NCBI GenBank assembly: GCA_045656645.1
Contig: JAZORN010000080.1
Location: 2,845 to 66,844 of the forward strand
Length of the DNA stretch: 64,000 nt
Reading direction: 5' to 3'
DNA from: Clostridia bacterium
GTDB lineage: Bacteria > Bacillota > Clostridia > UMGS1883
This document shows positions 1 to 9,957 of the stretch, piece by piece (position 1 is the stretch's first letter; each line of letters starts with the position of its first letter). Both the position numbers and the translations under genes were made by a program. The notes under the pieces were generated by a model. It saw only the letters and a program-made list of their open reading frames with translations. It searched no databases and was not told where the DNA came from.

Positions 1-12
1 TATTTTTATTCA

Positions 13-810
13 TTACCACAGCCCCCCTCTTGAAGTATGCTCCTCCTCAGTTTCTGTGCAGAAAGAGCCAAAAGCAATAATTAAAAGCATAATAAGTGCA
101 ACAAGGCTTCCTATATGCCACAGTCCCTGGTCGAAATAAAGCTGAATACTGTTACCGATGAGGGAAATTTTACGCTCACCCATAACGTCGCTGATTACGT
201 AGCTGCTCATAGTCGGCATAAATACCATTGTAGCTGCCGACACTATCCCCGGCATTGTCATAGGAAGTATAGTAAGGAAAAAGGTTTTAACCTTGTTTGC
301 GCCAAGGTCATACGATGCCTCGATAAGGCTATAGTTCATTTTTGTCATTGTGGTATAAAGCGGCAGAATGACAAAGGGCAGGTAGTTATACACCATACCT
401 ATCATTGTAGAAAAATAGGGGTGCTCACCGCCTTTTATTCCCATCGCAAAAAGAAGGTCACGTGTTGCCGCAGTACGCAGTACAAAATTTATCCACATCG
501 GCATAACGAAAAGAAGAACGGTTGCCTTGCCGAAATTCATATTGCGTTTTGCCAGGATAAATGCCGCAGGATAGCCTAAAAGAAGGCATATTGCCGTATT
601 TAAAAAGCCTATAAAAATACTGAACATCAATGTGTTAATGTTATGTGCGCCCGAAAAGAACGTGCGGAAATTTGAAAGTGTTATAGCACCACTCTCGTCA
701 GTAAAAGCGTATGCAATTATAAGAAACAGAGGAATAAGCACAAATAAAATAAGAAATACGGCATAGGGAAACGCTAAAATCTTTCTCGAAAAAACTTTAT
801 TTTTTCGCAT
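13..810 (-). CDS. potB: ABC transporter permease, spermidine/putrescine PotB-like
   Basis: 265-aa polytopic membrane ORF with a binding-protein-dependent permease pattern. Its start overlaps the stop of the upstream PotA-like ATPase by 14 nt (797-810), which is typical potA-potB coupling. Confidence 0.75.
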   Translation of the reverse strand: MRKNKVFSRKILAFPYAVFLILFVLIPLFLIIAYAFTDESGAITLSNFRTFFSGAHNINTLMFSIFIGFLNTAICLLLGYPAAFILAKRNMNFGKATVLLFVMPMWINFVLRTAATRDLLFAMGIKGGEHPYFSTMIGMVYNYLPFVILPLYTTMTKMNYSLIEASYDLGANKVKTFFLTILPMTMPGIVSAATMVFMPTMSSYVISDVMGERKISLIGNSIQLYFDQGLWHIGSLVALIMLLIIAFGSFCTETEEEHTSRGGLW

Positions 811-2284
811 ATTTCTTTGCCTCCCCCTTTAAGGTGAGCTTTATATCCTCCGCCTTAACAGATAGACCTACAAGGTCATTTTCATCATAAGTGTACTCTG
901 TATCAAGGACGAAATCCTCATCCTCGCCTGTACGGATGGTAAGTTGATAATGGTCGCCCTTGTAGATTATGGAGACAATTTCACCCCTTACAGTACCAGC
1001 CTCATCATCGTCAAGTATTTCAATCTTGTCAAGACCGATTGTGGCAATAACATCAGCATCGGTAAAGTCATAGCGAACTCCGTCAGGACCTACCACATAA
1101 CCGTCTTCATCAATAGTAGAACCCGGTACAAGAGAGGTTATATCACATTCAAATGCACTCTCTGAAATAACAACACGGTTATTTTTATCAATATATGCAT
1201 CGTTATAAATATTTGCGGTAAGCTCCTTTTTCATAATATGTATACCGTCAGGCTCAATATCAAAACCATAGTTTTTATCAACCTCAAGATTGCGGGTATC
1301 AACAATAACAAGCTCATTTCTGCCGACCATCATTATGTATTCGTAGTGAATACCCTTGAAAATCTTGCTGACAATTCTGCCGTTTGCCATACCCTCGCCC
1401 TCTTTTGTGATATGAACATCCTCGGGACGGATAACAACGTCAACCTTTTCGTTTTTCGGAAATTCGTCAACGCAGTCAAAGGTATGGTTAATAAAGCGAA
1501 CCTTTTTGTCGCCCGTAACTGTACCGCTGTATATATTACTCTCGCCAATGAAGTTTGCAACAAAGGCGTTTTTCGGCCCATTATAAATATCCTCGGGTGT
1601 GCCGATTTGCTGTATCATACCGTCCTTCATAACAACAACTGTATCTGAAAGGGTGAGAGCCTCCTCCTGATCGTGTGTAACGTAAATAAAGGTTATTCCG
1701 AGCTTTTTATGCATTTCCTTAAGCTCGAGCTGCATATCCTTACGCATTTTAAGGTCGAGTGCACCAAGCGGCTCGTCAAGAAGCAGAATTTCAGGCTCGT
1801 TTACAATTGCACGTGCAATCGCAATTCTTTGCTGCTGACCGCCTGAAAGGGTGGAAATATCCCTTGTTTCATATTCCTCGAGGTCAACTATTTTGAGTGC
1901 ATTTTTTACTTTTTTATCAATTTCCTTTGTGGTAAGACGGCGCATTTTGTCCCCGTCAGGCACTCTTTTAAGCTTGAGCCCGAATGCGACGTTGTTATAT
2001 ACGTCGAGATGCGGGAAAAGCGCATATTTCTGGAAAACTGTATTTACAGGGCGTTTATATGGAGGGAGAAGCGTAATATCTTTCCCGTTTAAGAGAATTT
2101 GTCCCTCCGTAGGCAGTTCGAAGCCTGCAATCATCCTGAGTGTAGTGGTTTTACCGCACCCGCTCGGACCTAAAAAGGTTATAAATTCCCCTTTTTTAAC
2201 GTAAAGGTTGAAATTGTCTACAGCATAGGTCTGGTCAAAATGCTTCGACACGTTTTTAAGTTCGATGATTATGTTTTCTGCCAA
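797..2284 (-). CDS. potA: ABC transporter ATP-binding protein, PotA-like, with long C-terminal extension
   Basis: Walker A GPSGCGKTT, ABC signature LSGGQQQR, Walker B LLLDEP, H-loop VTHDQ. At 495 aa it has an extra acidic C-terminal region after the usual regulatory domain. Confidence 0.8.
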   Translation of the reverse strand: MAENIIIELKNVSKHFDQTYAVDNFNLYVKKGEFITFLGPSGCGKTTTLRMIAGFELPTEGQILLNGKDITLLPPYKRPVNTVFQKYALFPHLDVYNNVAFGLKLKRVPDGDKMRRLTTKEIDKKVKNALKIVDLEEYETRDISTLSGGQQQRIAIARAIVNEPEILLLDEPLGALDLKMRKDMQLELKEMHKKLGITFIYVTHDQEEALTLSDTVVVMKDGMIQQIGTPEDIYNGPKNAFVANFIGESNIYSGTVTGDKKVRFINHTFDCVDEFPKNEKVDVVIRPEDVHITKEGEGMANGRIVSKIFKGIHYEYIMMVGRNELVIVDTRNLEVDKNYGFDIEPDGIHIMKKELTANIYNDAYIDKNNRVVISESAFECDITSLVPGSTIDEDGYVVGPDGVRYDFTDADVIATIGLDKIEILDDDEAGTVRGEIVSIIYKGDHYQLTIRTGEDEDFVLDTEYTYDENDLVGLSVKAEDIKLTLKGEAKKYAKK

Positions 2285-2466
2285 TTAAAAAACACCTCGC
2301 CATTATATAATATTGCAAGATATATTTTAAATTATGAGGGGCTTCTTGTCAATAGCAAATTCGCCAAAATTCGAGCGGGAAGTTTTTTATGCCAATTTTA
2401 AAATAACTGTTGCTATTTAGACAAAAAAAGTATAAAATTATATAATAGGCGAAAGGAATTGATAAA

Positions 2467-3762
2467 ATGTTACATACCAATCTTGATATTAATGAAAAAG
2501 GAAATCTTACATTTGCAGGCTATGACACGGTTGAGCTTGCAAAGGAATATAAAACACCGCTCTACCTTCTTGACGAGGAGCGTATCCGTGAAAAATGCAG
2601 AACATACCTTGGTGCAATGAAAAAGCATTTCGGGGAGGGAAGCACTGCCCTTTATGCAAGTAAAGCATTAAGCCTTAAGGAGATATACCGCATTGCAAAA
2701 GAGGAAGGTATGTCTGTTGATGTGGTTTCAGGCGGAGAAATATATACCGCAAAGATGGCGGGCTTTCCAATGGAAAATGTGTATTTCCACGGCAATAACA
2801 AGACAGATGATGAAATAGAATATGCTATAGAGTGCGGAATTGGCTATTTCGTTGCAGATTGCAGGGAAGAGCTTATTGCAATTAATTCTTTTGCGCAAAA
2901 GAAAAATATTGTGCAGAAAATAATTCTTCGCCTTACCCCGGGAATTGATACGCATACGTATGAGGCTGTGCGTACAGGACAGGTTGATTCCAAATTCGGT
3001 ACGGCTATTGAAACGGGGCAGGCAATAGAAATAACTAAGTTTGCTCTTTCTCTTTCAAATATCAGCCTTGAGGGCTTTCACTGCCACGTAGGCTCGCAGG
3101 TGTTTGACGGACAGACTTTTTGTGACAGTGCCGATATAATGCTTGACTATATAGCCCTTGTGAAAGAAAAGCTTGGGTATGAGGCGAAAATCCTTAACCT
3201 CGGCGGTGGCTACGGAGTACGTTATGTTGAAAGCGACCCGCACCTTGATATAGAAAAAAGCATCGGTGAGGTAAGTGTGCATATTAAGGAAAAATGTAAT
3301 AAAAACGGTATTAATATGCCTAAAATTTTAATGGAGCCCGGAAGAAGTATTGTCGCAGATGCGGGGCTTACTCTCTACAGTGTGGGCAGTGTGAAAACAA
3401 TAACAGGTTATAAAAGCTATGTGGCAATTGACGGCGGTATGACCGATAATCCGAGATATGCCCTTTATAAATCAGAGTACAGCAGTATTATTGCAAACAA
3501 AGCAGGAAATCAGGCAGATTTTTGTTGCAGTATAGCAGGAAAATGCTGTGAAAGCGGTGACCTTATTGCAGAGGATATAATGCTGCAAAAACCCGAGAGG
3601 GGCGATATACTTGCAGTGATGGTTACGGGTGCATACAACTATTCAATGTCATCAAACTATAACAGAATCCCACGTCCGCCCGTTGTAATGCTTTCAAAGG
3701 AAGGAAGCAGGGTTGTTGTAAAGCGTGAAAGTTATGAGGATATTGCAAAAAATGACCTTTAA
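2467..3762 (+). CDS. lysA: diaminopimelate decarboxylase
   Basis: Fold-III PLP decarboxylase motifs YASKA (PLP Lys), HCHVGSQ, EPGRS and CESGD. CESGD is the DAP-decarboxylase form of that motif. Confidence 0.85.
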   Translation: MLHTNLDINEKGNLTFAGYDTVELAKEYKTPLYLLDEERIREKCRTYLGAMKKHFGEGSTALYASKALSLKEIYRIAKEEGMSVDVVSGGEIYTAKMAGFPMENVYFHGNNKTDDEIEYAIECGIGYFVADCREELIAINSFAQKKNIVQKIILRLTPGIDTHTYEAVRTGQVDSKFGTAIETGQAIEITKFALSLSNISLEGFHCHVGSQVFDGQTFCDSADIMLDYIALVKEKLGYEAKILNLGGGYGVRYVESDPHLDIEKSIGEVSVHIKEKCNKNGINMPKILMEPGRSIVADAGLTLYSVGSVKTITGYKSYVAIDGGMTDNPRYALYKSEYSSIIANKAGNQADFCCSIAGKCCESGDLIAEDIMLQKPERGDILAVMVTGAYNYSMSSNYNRIPRPPVVMLSKEGSRVVVKRESYEDIAKNDL

Positions 3763-3774
3763 AGGAGGTATCCT

Positions 3775-4464
3775 ATGATTATAAAAATTGCAGGGCTGTT
3801 AATTGACGTAAAAAATAAATATTCATATTTTGGTCAGATGGCACGTGGCTTTGAGGCGGAGGGAAAAGCAGATTTTTCTGTGGAAGTCCCCCAAAACGTA
3901 ATTGAAAAAGCCATAGCAGAAAATCCTGAATATTCAGAAGGATACGTAGAGTCGCTTGAAATTTACAGAATAATATGCCGTAAAATCCTTGAATACGATG
4001 CTATGCTGATGCACTGTGCGGCAATCTGCGTGGATGGGGAGGCGTACCTCTTTACCGCCGTAAGCGGTACGGGCAAGACAACGCATATTTCTCTGTGGAT
4101 GGAGAAATTTAAAGAAAGATGCTTCGTTGTAAACGGGGATAAGCCAATCCTCCGTATGGTAGACGGAAAATTTTATGCCTGCGGAACGCCGTGGAGGGGT
4201 AAGGAAAATTACGGGACAAACCTTAATGTGCCGATAAAGGCTGTGTGTATTCTTGAACGTGGCGAAAAAAATGAAATAGAAAAAATCCCTGCACACGAGG
4301 CGATTTCCACCGTTATAACGCAGACGCTTCGTACAAATGATATGTATGAAATGGAAAAGATGCTTACGCTTTCGGATAAGCTTCTTACAAGCGTTCCATT
4401 TTACCGACTTAAATGTAATATGGAAAAAGAAGCGGCAGACGTTTCGTACGAAGGAATGAGATAA
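3775..4464 (+). CDS. HPr-kinase/PEPCK-like P-loop domain protein (function unknown)
   Basis: 229-aa ORF with an aaggagg RBS just upstream. The P-loop AVSGTGKTTH is followed by VVNGDKP, the layout of the HPr kinase C-terminal kinase fold. No finer assignment is possible by eye. Confidence 0.5.
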   Translation: MIIKIAGLLIDVKNKYSYFGQMARGFEAEGKADFSVEVPQNVIEKAIAENPEYSEGYVESLEIYRIICRKILEYDAMLMHCAAICVDGEAYLFTAVSGTGKTTHISLWMEKFKERCFVVNGDKPILRMVDGKFYACGTPWRGKENYGTNLNVPIKAVCILERGEKNEIEKIPAHEAISTVITQTLRTNDMYEMEKMLTLSDKLLTSVPFYRLKCNMEKEAADVSYEGMR

Positions 4465-4481
4465 AGGACGGTGCAAAAAGC

Positions 4482-4694
4482 GTGCTTTTTAAAAAGTTAA
4501 AGGAAAATGATTGCTGCAGGTATTGCAAGAATGCAAAAGCAGACGGCGAAGAGTACATATGTAAATATAAAGGGAATGTAGAGGCATCCTATGTGTGCAG
4601 AAGATATGTTTTTAACCCGTTTGCACCACGTGTTAAGCGTGTGCGTACACTTGACACAACGATGTTTGACCCGCTTGATTTTAAAATTGACTGA
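4482..4694 (+). CDS. small Cys-rich hypothetical protein
   Basis: 70-aa ORF with a GTG start and a weak RBS. It has five Cys (CCxxC...C...C) and a basic C-terminal half. No family recognised. Confidence 0.35.
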   Translation: MLFKKLKENDCCRYCKNAKADGEEYICKYKGNVEASYVCRRYVFNPFAPRVKRVRTLDTTMFDPLDFKID

Positions 4695-4708
4695 GAAGGT
4701 GAAAAAGT

Positions 4709-5167
4709 ATGCAGCCTGAAAAAATAGCAAGCTTTACTGTGGACCATAATAAGCTTAAAGAGGGAATATATATTTCACGTACAGACGGCGATATAATAAC
4801 CTATGATTTGCGTACACGCAAACCAAATCAGGGTGATTATATGGACAATCTTACGATGCATTCGGTAGAGCATATGATTGCGACATATATACGCAGCTCA
4901 TCTATCGGGGAAAGTATTATATACTTTGGACCAATGGGTTGCCAGACGGGCTTTTATCTTCTTGTAAGAGACGAAAAGCCCGAGAATGTTTTAAATGTAC
5001 TTAAAGAAACACTTGAAAAAGTAATAAATCACGAGGGTGAAATGTTTGGTGCATCGGCTATAGAGTGCGGAAATTATAAAAACCTTGATACAGATGCGGC
5101 AAAGACAGAATGCAGGCGCTATCTTGAGGTGTTAAACGGATATACCCCTGATTTTAAATACGAATGA
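4709..5167 (+). CDS. luxS: S-ribosylhomocysteine lyase
   Basis: LuxS metal-site motif HSVEHM and conserved GPMGCQTGFY. The size (152 aa) is typical. Confidence 0.9.
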   Translation: MQPEKIASFTVDHNKLKEGIYISRTDGDIITYDLRTRKPNQGDYMDNLTMHSVEHMIATYIRSSSIGESIIYFGPMGCQTGFYLLVRDEKPENVLNVLKETLEKVINHEGEMFGASAIECGNYKNLDTDAAKTECRRYLEVLNGYTPDFKYE

Positions 5168-5180
5168 CGGAGGCTGGGAA

Positions 5181-5858
5181 ATGATAGGAATTATCGGTGC
5201 AATGAATGTGGAAATTGACCGCATTACGGCGCAGATGACAAATAAATCTGTGCAGAAATTTGGTGGGGTGACCTATACCGAGGGTGACATAGGCGGAAAG
5301 AGGGTTGTTGCGGCAGTTTGCGGTATAGGAAAGGTTTTTGCCGCAATTTGTGCGCAGACAATGATACTTAAATATTCTCCTGAGGTTATTATTAATACAG
5401 GCGTTGCAGGTACACTTACAAAAGAGCTTAACATCCTTGACACTGTTGTTGCAAGTGCCCTTGTACAGCACGATATGGATACAACATATTTTGGTGACCC
5501 GAGGGGAATGATTTCGGGAATAAATATCGTTGAGTTTGCGTGTGACGAAGAATGGTCTGAAAGAATCTGTAAAAATATTAATTCAAAATATATTCGTGGT
5601 ATTATAGCATCGGGTGATGCTTTTATAGCAGATGAAAATAAAAAAAGAGATATAAAAGAAGCCTTTAATGCTGTTTGCTGCGAAATGGAGGGCGCGGCAA
5701 TTGCACACGTATGCTATGTTAACGATGTAAAGTGCACCGTTGTGAGAACCATTTCAGACGGAGCTGACGGTGACAAGGAAATGAGTTATGAGGCTTTTTG
5801 TGAAAAAGCCGCCCAAAAATCGGCACAGATAATTATAGATACAATTAATAAAAAATAA
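5181..5858 (+). CDS. mtnN: 5'-methylthioadenosine/S-adenosylhomocysteine nucleosidase
   Basis: N-terminus MIGIIGAMNVE and catalytic-region motif CEMEGAA. It is adjacent to luxS (activated methyl cycle). Confidence 0.9.
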   Translation: MIGIIGAMNVEIDRITAQMTNKSVQKFGGVTYTEGDIGGKRVVAAVCGIGKVFAAICAQTMILKYSPEVIINTGVAGTLTKELNILDTVVASALVQHDMDTTYFGDPRGMISGINIVEFACDEEWSERICKNINSKYIRGIIASGDAFIADENKKRDIKEAFNAVCCEMEGAAIAHVCYVNDVKCTVVRTISDGADGDKEMSYEAFCEKAAQKSAQIIIDTINKK

Positions 5859-5872
5859 TAGGAGGAACAAAA

Positions 5873-6613
5873 ATGAAAAGTGTAGTTTTAGCGGCAGGAT
5901 ATGCTACAAGACTTTATCCGCTTACAGAAAATTTTCCAAAACCTCTTCTGGAGGTTGCGGGAAAGAGTATTTTGGACTGGCTTCTTGATGACATTGATAA
6001 CATAAAGGGAATTGATGAGCATATTATCATATCAAACCACCGTTATGTGGAGCATTTTGAAAACTGGAAGAAAAATTCAAAGCTTAAAAACCCCATAACA
6101 ATCATTGATGATGGCTCTATGTCAAACGAAACACGTCTTGGTGCGGTAAAGGATATTCAGTTTGCGATAGATACCTTAAACCTTGATGATGACCTTTTTA
6201 TAGTTGCAGGCGACAATATGCTTGATTTCTCGTTTCAGTCGTTTGTAGATTTATTCCACGAGAAGAATGCGGCAGTTGTAATGTGTAACTATGAAGAGGA
6301 TGTAAATACACTTCGCAGATGCGGAGTAATGATACCTGACAGTGATTTCCGTGTCGTGTCTATGGAGGAAAAACCTCAGGACCCCAAATCAAACTGGTGT
6401 GTAGGTCCGTTCTACATATATAAAAAGGATGAGCTTCATCTTATAAAGCAGGGGATTGAGGATGGTTGCGGAACAGATGCACCGGGAAGCTTTGTATGCT
6501 ATCTTTGCGAAAAAACAGATGTTTACGCACTTAAAACTCCGGGTAACAGATATGATATAGGAACACTTGAAAGCTACGAAGAGGTTAAGAGAATTTTTGA
6601 AAAGCAGGCATAA
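5873..6613 (+). CDS. sugar-phosphate nucleotidyltransferase family protein
   Basis: N-terminal nucleotide-binding loop LAAGYATRLYPLT...KPLL of the NTP_transferase fold. Substrate not assignable. Confidence 0.7.
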   Translation: MKSVVLAAGYATRLYPLTENFPKPLLEVAGKSILDWLLDDIDNIKGIDEHIIISNHRYVEHFENWKKNSKLKNPITIIDDGSMSNETRLGAVKDIQFAIDTLNLDDDLFIVAGDNMLDFSFQSFVDLFHEKNAAVVMCNYEEDVNTLRRCGVMIPDSDFRVVSMEEKPQDPKSNWCVGPFYIYKKDELHLIKQGIEDGCGTDAPGSFVCYLCEKTDVYALKTPGNRYDIGTLESYEEVKRIFEKQA

Positions 6614-6627
6614 AACTAAACAAATAT

Positions 6628-6664
6628 AACTTTAAAGGAGGTGCAACGCACCTCCTTTAAAGTT
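6628..6664. terminator. bidirectional intrinsic terminator hairpin between convergent genes
   Basis: Perfect inverted repeat aactttaaaggaggtgc / gcacctcctttaaagtt. It lies between the nucleotidyltransferase stop and the tex stop. Confidence 0.6.
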
Positions 6665-8804
6665 ATATTTTCATTGTAAGTGATATTCTCTTTTTCTCTT
6701 TATCTACATCAAGGACTTTTACCTTAACTATATCGCCCACGCTTAAAACATCTGTGGGATGCTTGATAAATTTATCAGAAATCTGCGAAATATGCACCAG
6801 TCCGTCCTGATGCACACCAATATCCACAAACGCACCAAAATCAATTACATTTCTTACAGTACCCTCTAAAATCATACCGTTTGTAAGCTCTTCAAGAGAC
6901 ATACAACCGCTGCGAAGAAGCGGCTTGGGAAGCTCGTCACGCATATCACGTCCGGGCTTTGCAAGGGTATCACAAATATCACGAAGTGTAAACATACCTA
7001 TGTTAAACTCTGCACATATTTTTTCTGCAATTTCCTTTGTAATGCGTTTCGAAATGTCTGAAAAATCACCTTTGGCACTTTCTTCAATGCTGTAGCCACA
7101 CTGCGAGATAAGCGCCCTTGCGGCATCGTAGCTTTCAGGATGAACAGACGTATTATCCAAAAATTCCTTACCACCCGGTATGCGCATAAAGCCTGCACAC
7201 TGAATAAATGCTTTGTTTCCAAGCTTGTTAACCTTCAAAAGCTCCTTTCGTGAAGAGAAAGAGCCGTTTTCTTCACGGTAATCGACAATGTTTTTTGCCA
7301 CTGCTGATGAAATGCCCGAAATATAACCAAGAAGCGATGCCGATGCAGTATTAAGGTCTACGCCTACATTATTTACGCAATCCTCAACAACTCCGCCAAG
7401 GGCACCTGAAAGCTTTTTCTGATTACAGTCGTGCTGATACTGCCCTACACCGATAGAGCGCGGGTCAATCTTTACAAGCTCTGCAAGAGGGTCCTGAAGT
7501 CTGCGTGCAATTGAAACGGCACTGCGTAGTGAAACGTCAAAATCGGGAAATTCCTTAGCGCCAAGCTCGCTTGCACTGTAAACCGATGCGCCCGCCTCTG
7601 AAACCACCATATACTTTATGGGTTTATTCATTTCGCCTATAAGAGAGGAAATAAATTTCTCACTTTCTCCCGTGGCAGTACCGTTACCGATTGATATAAG
7701 GGAAACATTGTTTCTTTCAATCATTCCCTTTATCTGTTTTTTAGCCTTTTCCAGATCGTGATGCTCGAGAGTGAAGTATCCGACACCCGTTTCAAGCACC
7801 TTACCCGTAGCATCAACTACGGCAAGCTTGCATCCCGTGCGGTAGCCGGGGTCAACACCAAGAACTGTAAATCCCTTTACGGGCGGTGTCATAAGCAGAT
7901 TTTTAAGATTAACACTGAAAAGACCGATTGCACCATTTTGCGCACGCTCGGTAAGAGTGTTACGTATTTCGTTTTCTATGGATGGCGCAATAAGCCTTTT
8001 GTAAGCGTCCTCAACCGCAGAAGTTACAAGAGTTGAAAGCGCAGAGTTATCCTTTACAACCTCTTTGCATAAATAATCAGTAATAATTTCTGTTTCAATA
8101 TCTATTTTTACGCTGAGAACTTCCTCTTTTTCACCACGGTCAATTGCGAGGATTCTGTGGTCGGCAACCGTTTTAACAGGCTCTGAAAATTCATAATACA
8201 TCTGATAAACGGCATTTTCGTTCTTTGTAATCTTGCTTTGGAGACTTCCGTTCATATAAGTAAGGCGGCGTATGTTTTTGCGGTAATCAGCATTATCGCT
8301 TAAATCCTCCGCAATAATGTCAAGTGCACCTTGTATAGCTTCCTCTGAAGAAAGAACACCCTTTTCCTCATTTATATATTTTTCAGCCTCTTTTTCAATG
8401 TCACCTGAAAATTCCTGCAAAAGGATAAGTAAGGAAAGCGGCTCCAGTCCCTTTTCACGTGCGACACTTGCACGTGTCTTACGTTTTGGTCTGTAGGGGC
8501 GGTATATGTCCTCAAGCTCGGTTAAAGTTTTTGCGTTTTCGACCGCCTTTGTAATCTCTTCGGTAAGCTTTCCCTGCTCGTCAATAAGACGGATAACCTC
8601 CGCCTTGCGCTCCTCTATAGCGCGAAGTGCCTCAAGTCGCACAGAAATACTGCGCACAAGCTGGTCATCCATATTTCCCGTAAGCTCCTTACGGTAACGT
8701 GCAATAAAGGGGATTGTATTTCCCTCGTCAAGAAGATTTATGACGTTTTGCGTTTTTGTTTCGTCTGTGTTAAGCTCTGCACACAGTTGCTTTAAAATAT
8801 CCAT
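6663..8804 (-). CDS. tex: Tex-like transcription accessory protein (S1 RNA-binding domain)
   Basis: 713 aa. N-terminal Tex pattern (IPFIARYRKE) and C-terminal S1 domain (EGTVRNVIDFGAFVDIGVHQDGLVHISQ). Confidence 0.9.
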   Translation of the reverse strand: MDILKQLCAELNTDETKTQNVINLLDEGNTIPFIARYRKELTGNMDDQLVRSISVRLEALRAIEERKAEVIRLIDEQGKLTEEITKAVENAKTLTELEDIYRPYRPKRKTRASVAREKGLEPLSLLILLQEFSGDIEKEAEKYINEEKGVLSSEEAIQGALDIIAEDLSDNADYRKNIRRLTYMNGSLQSKITKNENAVYQMYYEFSEPVKTVADHRILAIDRGEKEEVLSVKIDIETEIITDYLCKEVVKDNSALSTLVTSAVEDAYKRLIAPSIENEIRNTLTERAQNGAIGLFSVNLKNLLMTPPVKGFTVLGVDPGYRTGCKLAVVDATGKVLETGVGYFTLEHHDLEKAKKQIKGMIERNNVSLISIGNGTATGESEKFISSLIGEMNKPIKYMVVSEAGASVYSASELGAKEFPDFDVSLRSAVSIARRLQDPLAELVKIDPRSIGVGQYQHDCNQKKLSGALGGVVEDCVNNVGVDLNTASASLLGYISGISSAVAKNIVDYREENGSFSSRKELLKVNKLGNKAFIQCAGFMRIPGGKEFLDNTSVHPESYDAARALISQCGYSIEESAKGDFSDISKRITKEIAEKICAEFNIGMFTLRDICDTLAKPGRDMRDELPKPLLRSGCMSLEELTNGMILEGTVRNVIDFGAFVDIGVHQDGLVHISQISDKFIKHPTDVLSVGDIVKVKVLDVDKEKKRISLTMKI

Positions 8805-8818
8805 AGTTTAAGTCCTTT

Positions 8819-9391
8819 CTAAAGTGAAAAAATCGCCCCTGCTACACCTGCAATTATTATATAAAAAATCGGGTGCAGTTTTATTTTGTTTGTAAAAAAG
8901 AGAAGAAGGGCAAAAAGTACTGCCGACTTTATATTAAGTGCGGAAAGAAAATTCCCCCCGTTTGTGAAAATACCGCTTTTTATCATCATAACTGCGGCAG
9001 AGGCAATCATTCCCGTAACGGCAGGGCGAATTGCGTAAAAGGAACGCTCCACAATCTTATTTTCCTTAAATGCCGCAAGAAGTCTTGCCACAATTAAAAT
9101 TACGATAACACTCGGCATAACAAGCCCTACTGTCGCAATAACACTTCCCAATAGTGCGCCCACAGCACCCAAATGGTCGTAGCCTACGGTAAATCCAACA
9201 TATGTTGCCATATTTACACCGATAGGCCCTGGTGTCGATTCGCCCACGGCAATCATATTGCCGAGAAGCTTTTCATCAAACCATCCGTATGATGCCCCCA
9301 TTGCTTTAAGAAAGGGGATGGTTGCAAGACCGCCGCCTACTGAAAAAAGACCTGTTTTGAAAAACTCCCAGAAAAGTCTTAAAAAAATCAT
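8819..9391 (-). CDS. chromate transporter (CHR) family protein, second half-size subunit
   Basis: 190-aa hydrophobic ORF with the CHR motif FSVGGGLATIP. It overlaps the upstream CHR half-gene by 4 nt. Confidence 0.8.
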   Translation of the reverse strand: MIFLRLFWEFFKTGLFSVGGGLATIPFLKAMGASYGWFDEKLLGNMIAVGESTPGPIGVNMATYVGFTVGYDHLGAVGALLGSVIATVGLVMPSVIVILIVARLLAAFKENKIVERSFYAIRPAVTGMIASAAVMMIKSGIFTNGGNFLSALNIKSAVLFALLLFFTNKIKLHPIFYIIIAGVAGAIFSL

Positions 9392-9930
9392 TTTTCAGCG
9401 CCCCCTTTTTTTGCGATATTACCGATAAGTGCCGCCGCAAGGACAATGAAAACGGGTGATACAGAGGGGAAAATAACGCAAACTCCAAAGGATAAAACTG
9501 CTAAGGCTACGCATAGCTTATCCTTAATTGCTTTTTTTCCCATTGTAATAACTGCGTTTATAATTAAAACTGCAACGGCTACACGTATTCCGCCAAAAAT
9601 ATGCTGCAGAATTTCATACTGCATAAAATTCTGCAGCACTGCCGCTATAACGGAAATTATTATGAGGGAGGGGAATATAACTCCCGCCGTTGCAAAAATT
9701 GCGCCTAAAGTTCCCTTTTGCTTATACCCCACAAAGGTAGCTGTATTTACCGCAATAACGCCGGGGGTACACTGTGCGACGGCATAGTAGTCAAGAACCT
9801 CTTCATCAGTTGACCACTTTTTATTTTCAACAACCTCACGCTGTATCAGCGATAGCATTGCATAGCCGCCGCCAAAGGTAAATGCACCTATTCTGAAAAA
9901 GGTACAGAAAAGGTCAATAAGAGTTTTCAT
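9388..9930 (-). CDS. chromate transporter (CHR) family protein, first half-size subunit
   Basis: 180-aa hydrophobic ORF with the CHR motif FTFGGGYAMLSLIQ. Paired half-size CHR genes are a known arrangement. Confidence 0.8.
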   Translation of the reverse strand: MKTLIDLFCTFFRIGAFTFGGGYAMLSLIQREVVENKKWSTDEEVLDYYAVAQCTPGVIAVNTATFVGYKQKGTLGAIFATAGVIFPSLIIISVIAAVLQNFMQYEILQHIFGGIRVAVAVLIINAVITMGKKAIKDKLCVALAVLSFGVCVIFPSVSPVFIVLAAALIGNIAKKGGAEK

Positions 9931-9957
9931 AAAAAATCACTTCCAATAATGTTAAAG

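Noticed and set aside
2285-2466. Lysine riboswitch upstream of lysA
   Set aside because: The 180-nt spacer is AT-rich, contains promoter-like elements, and has no L-box-like conserved helices.
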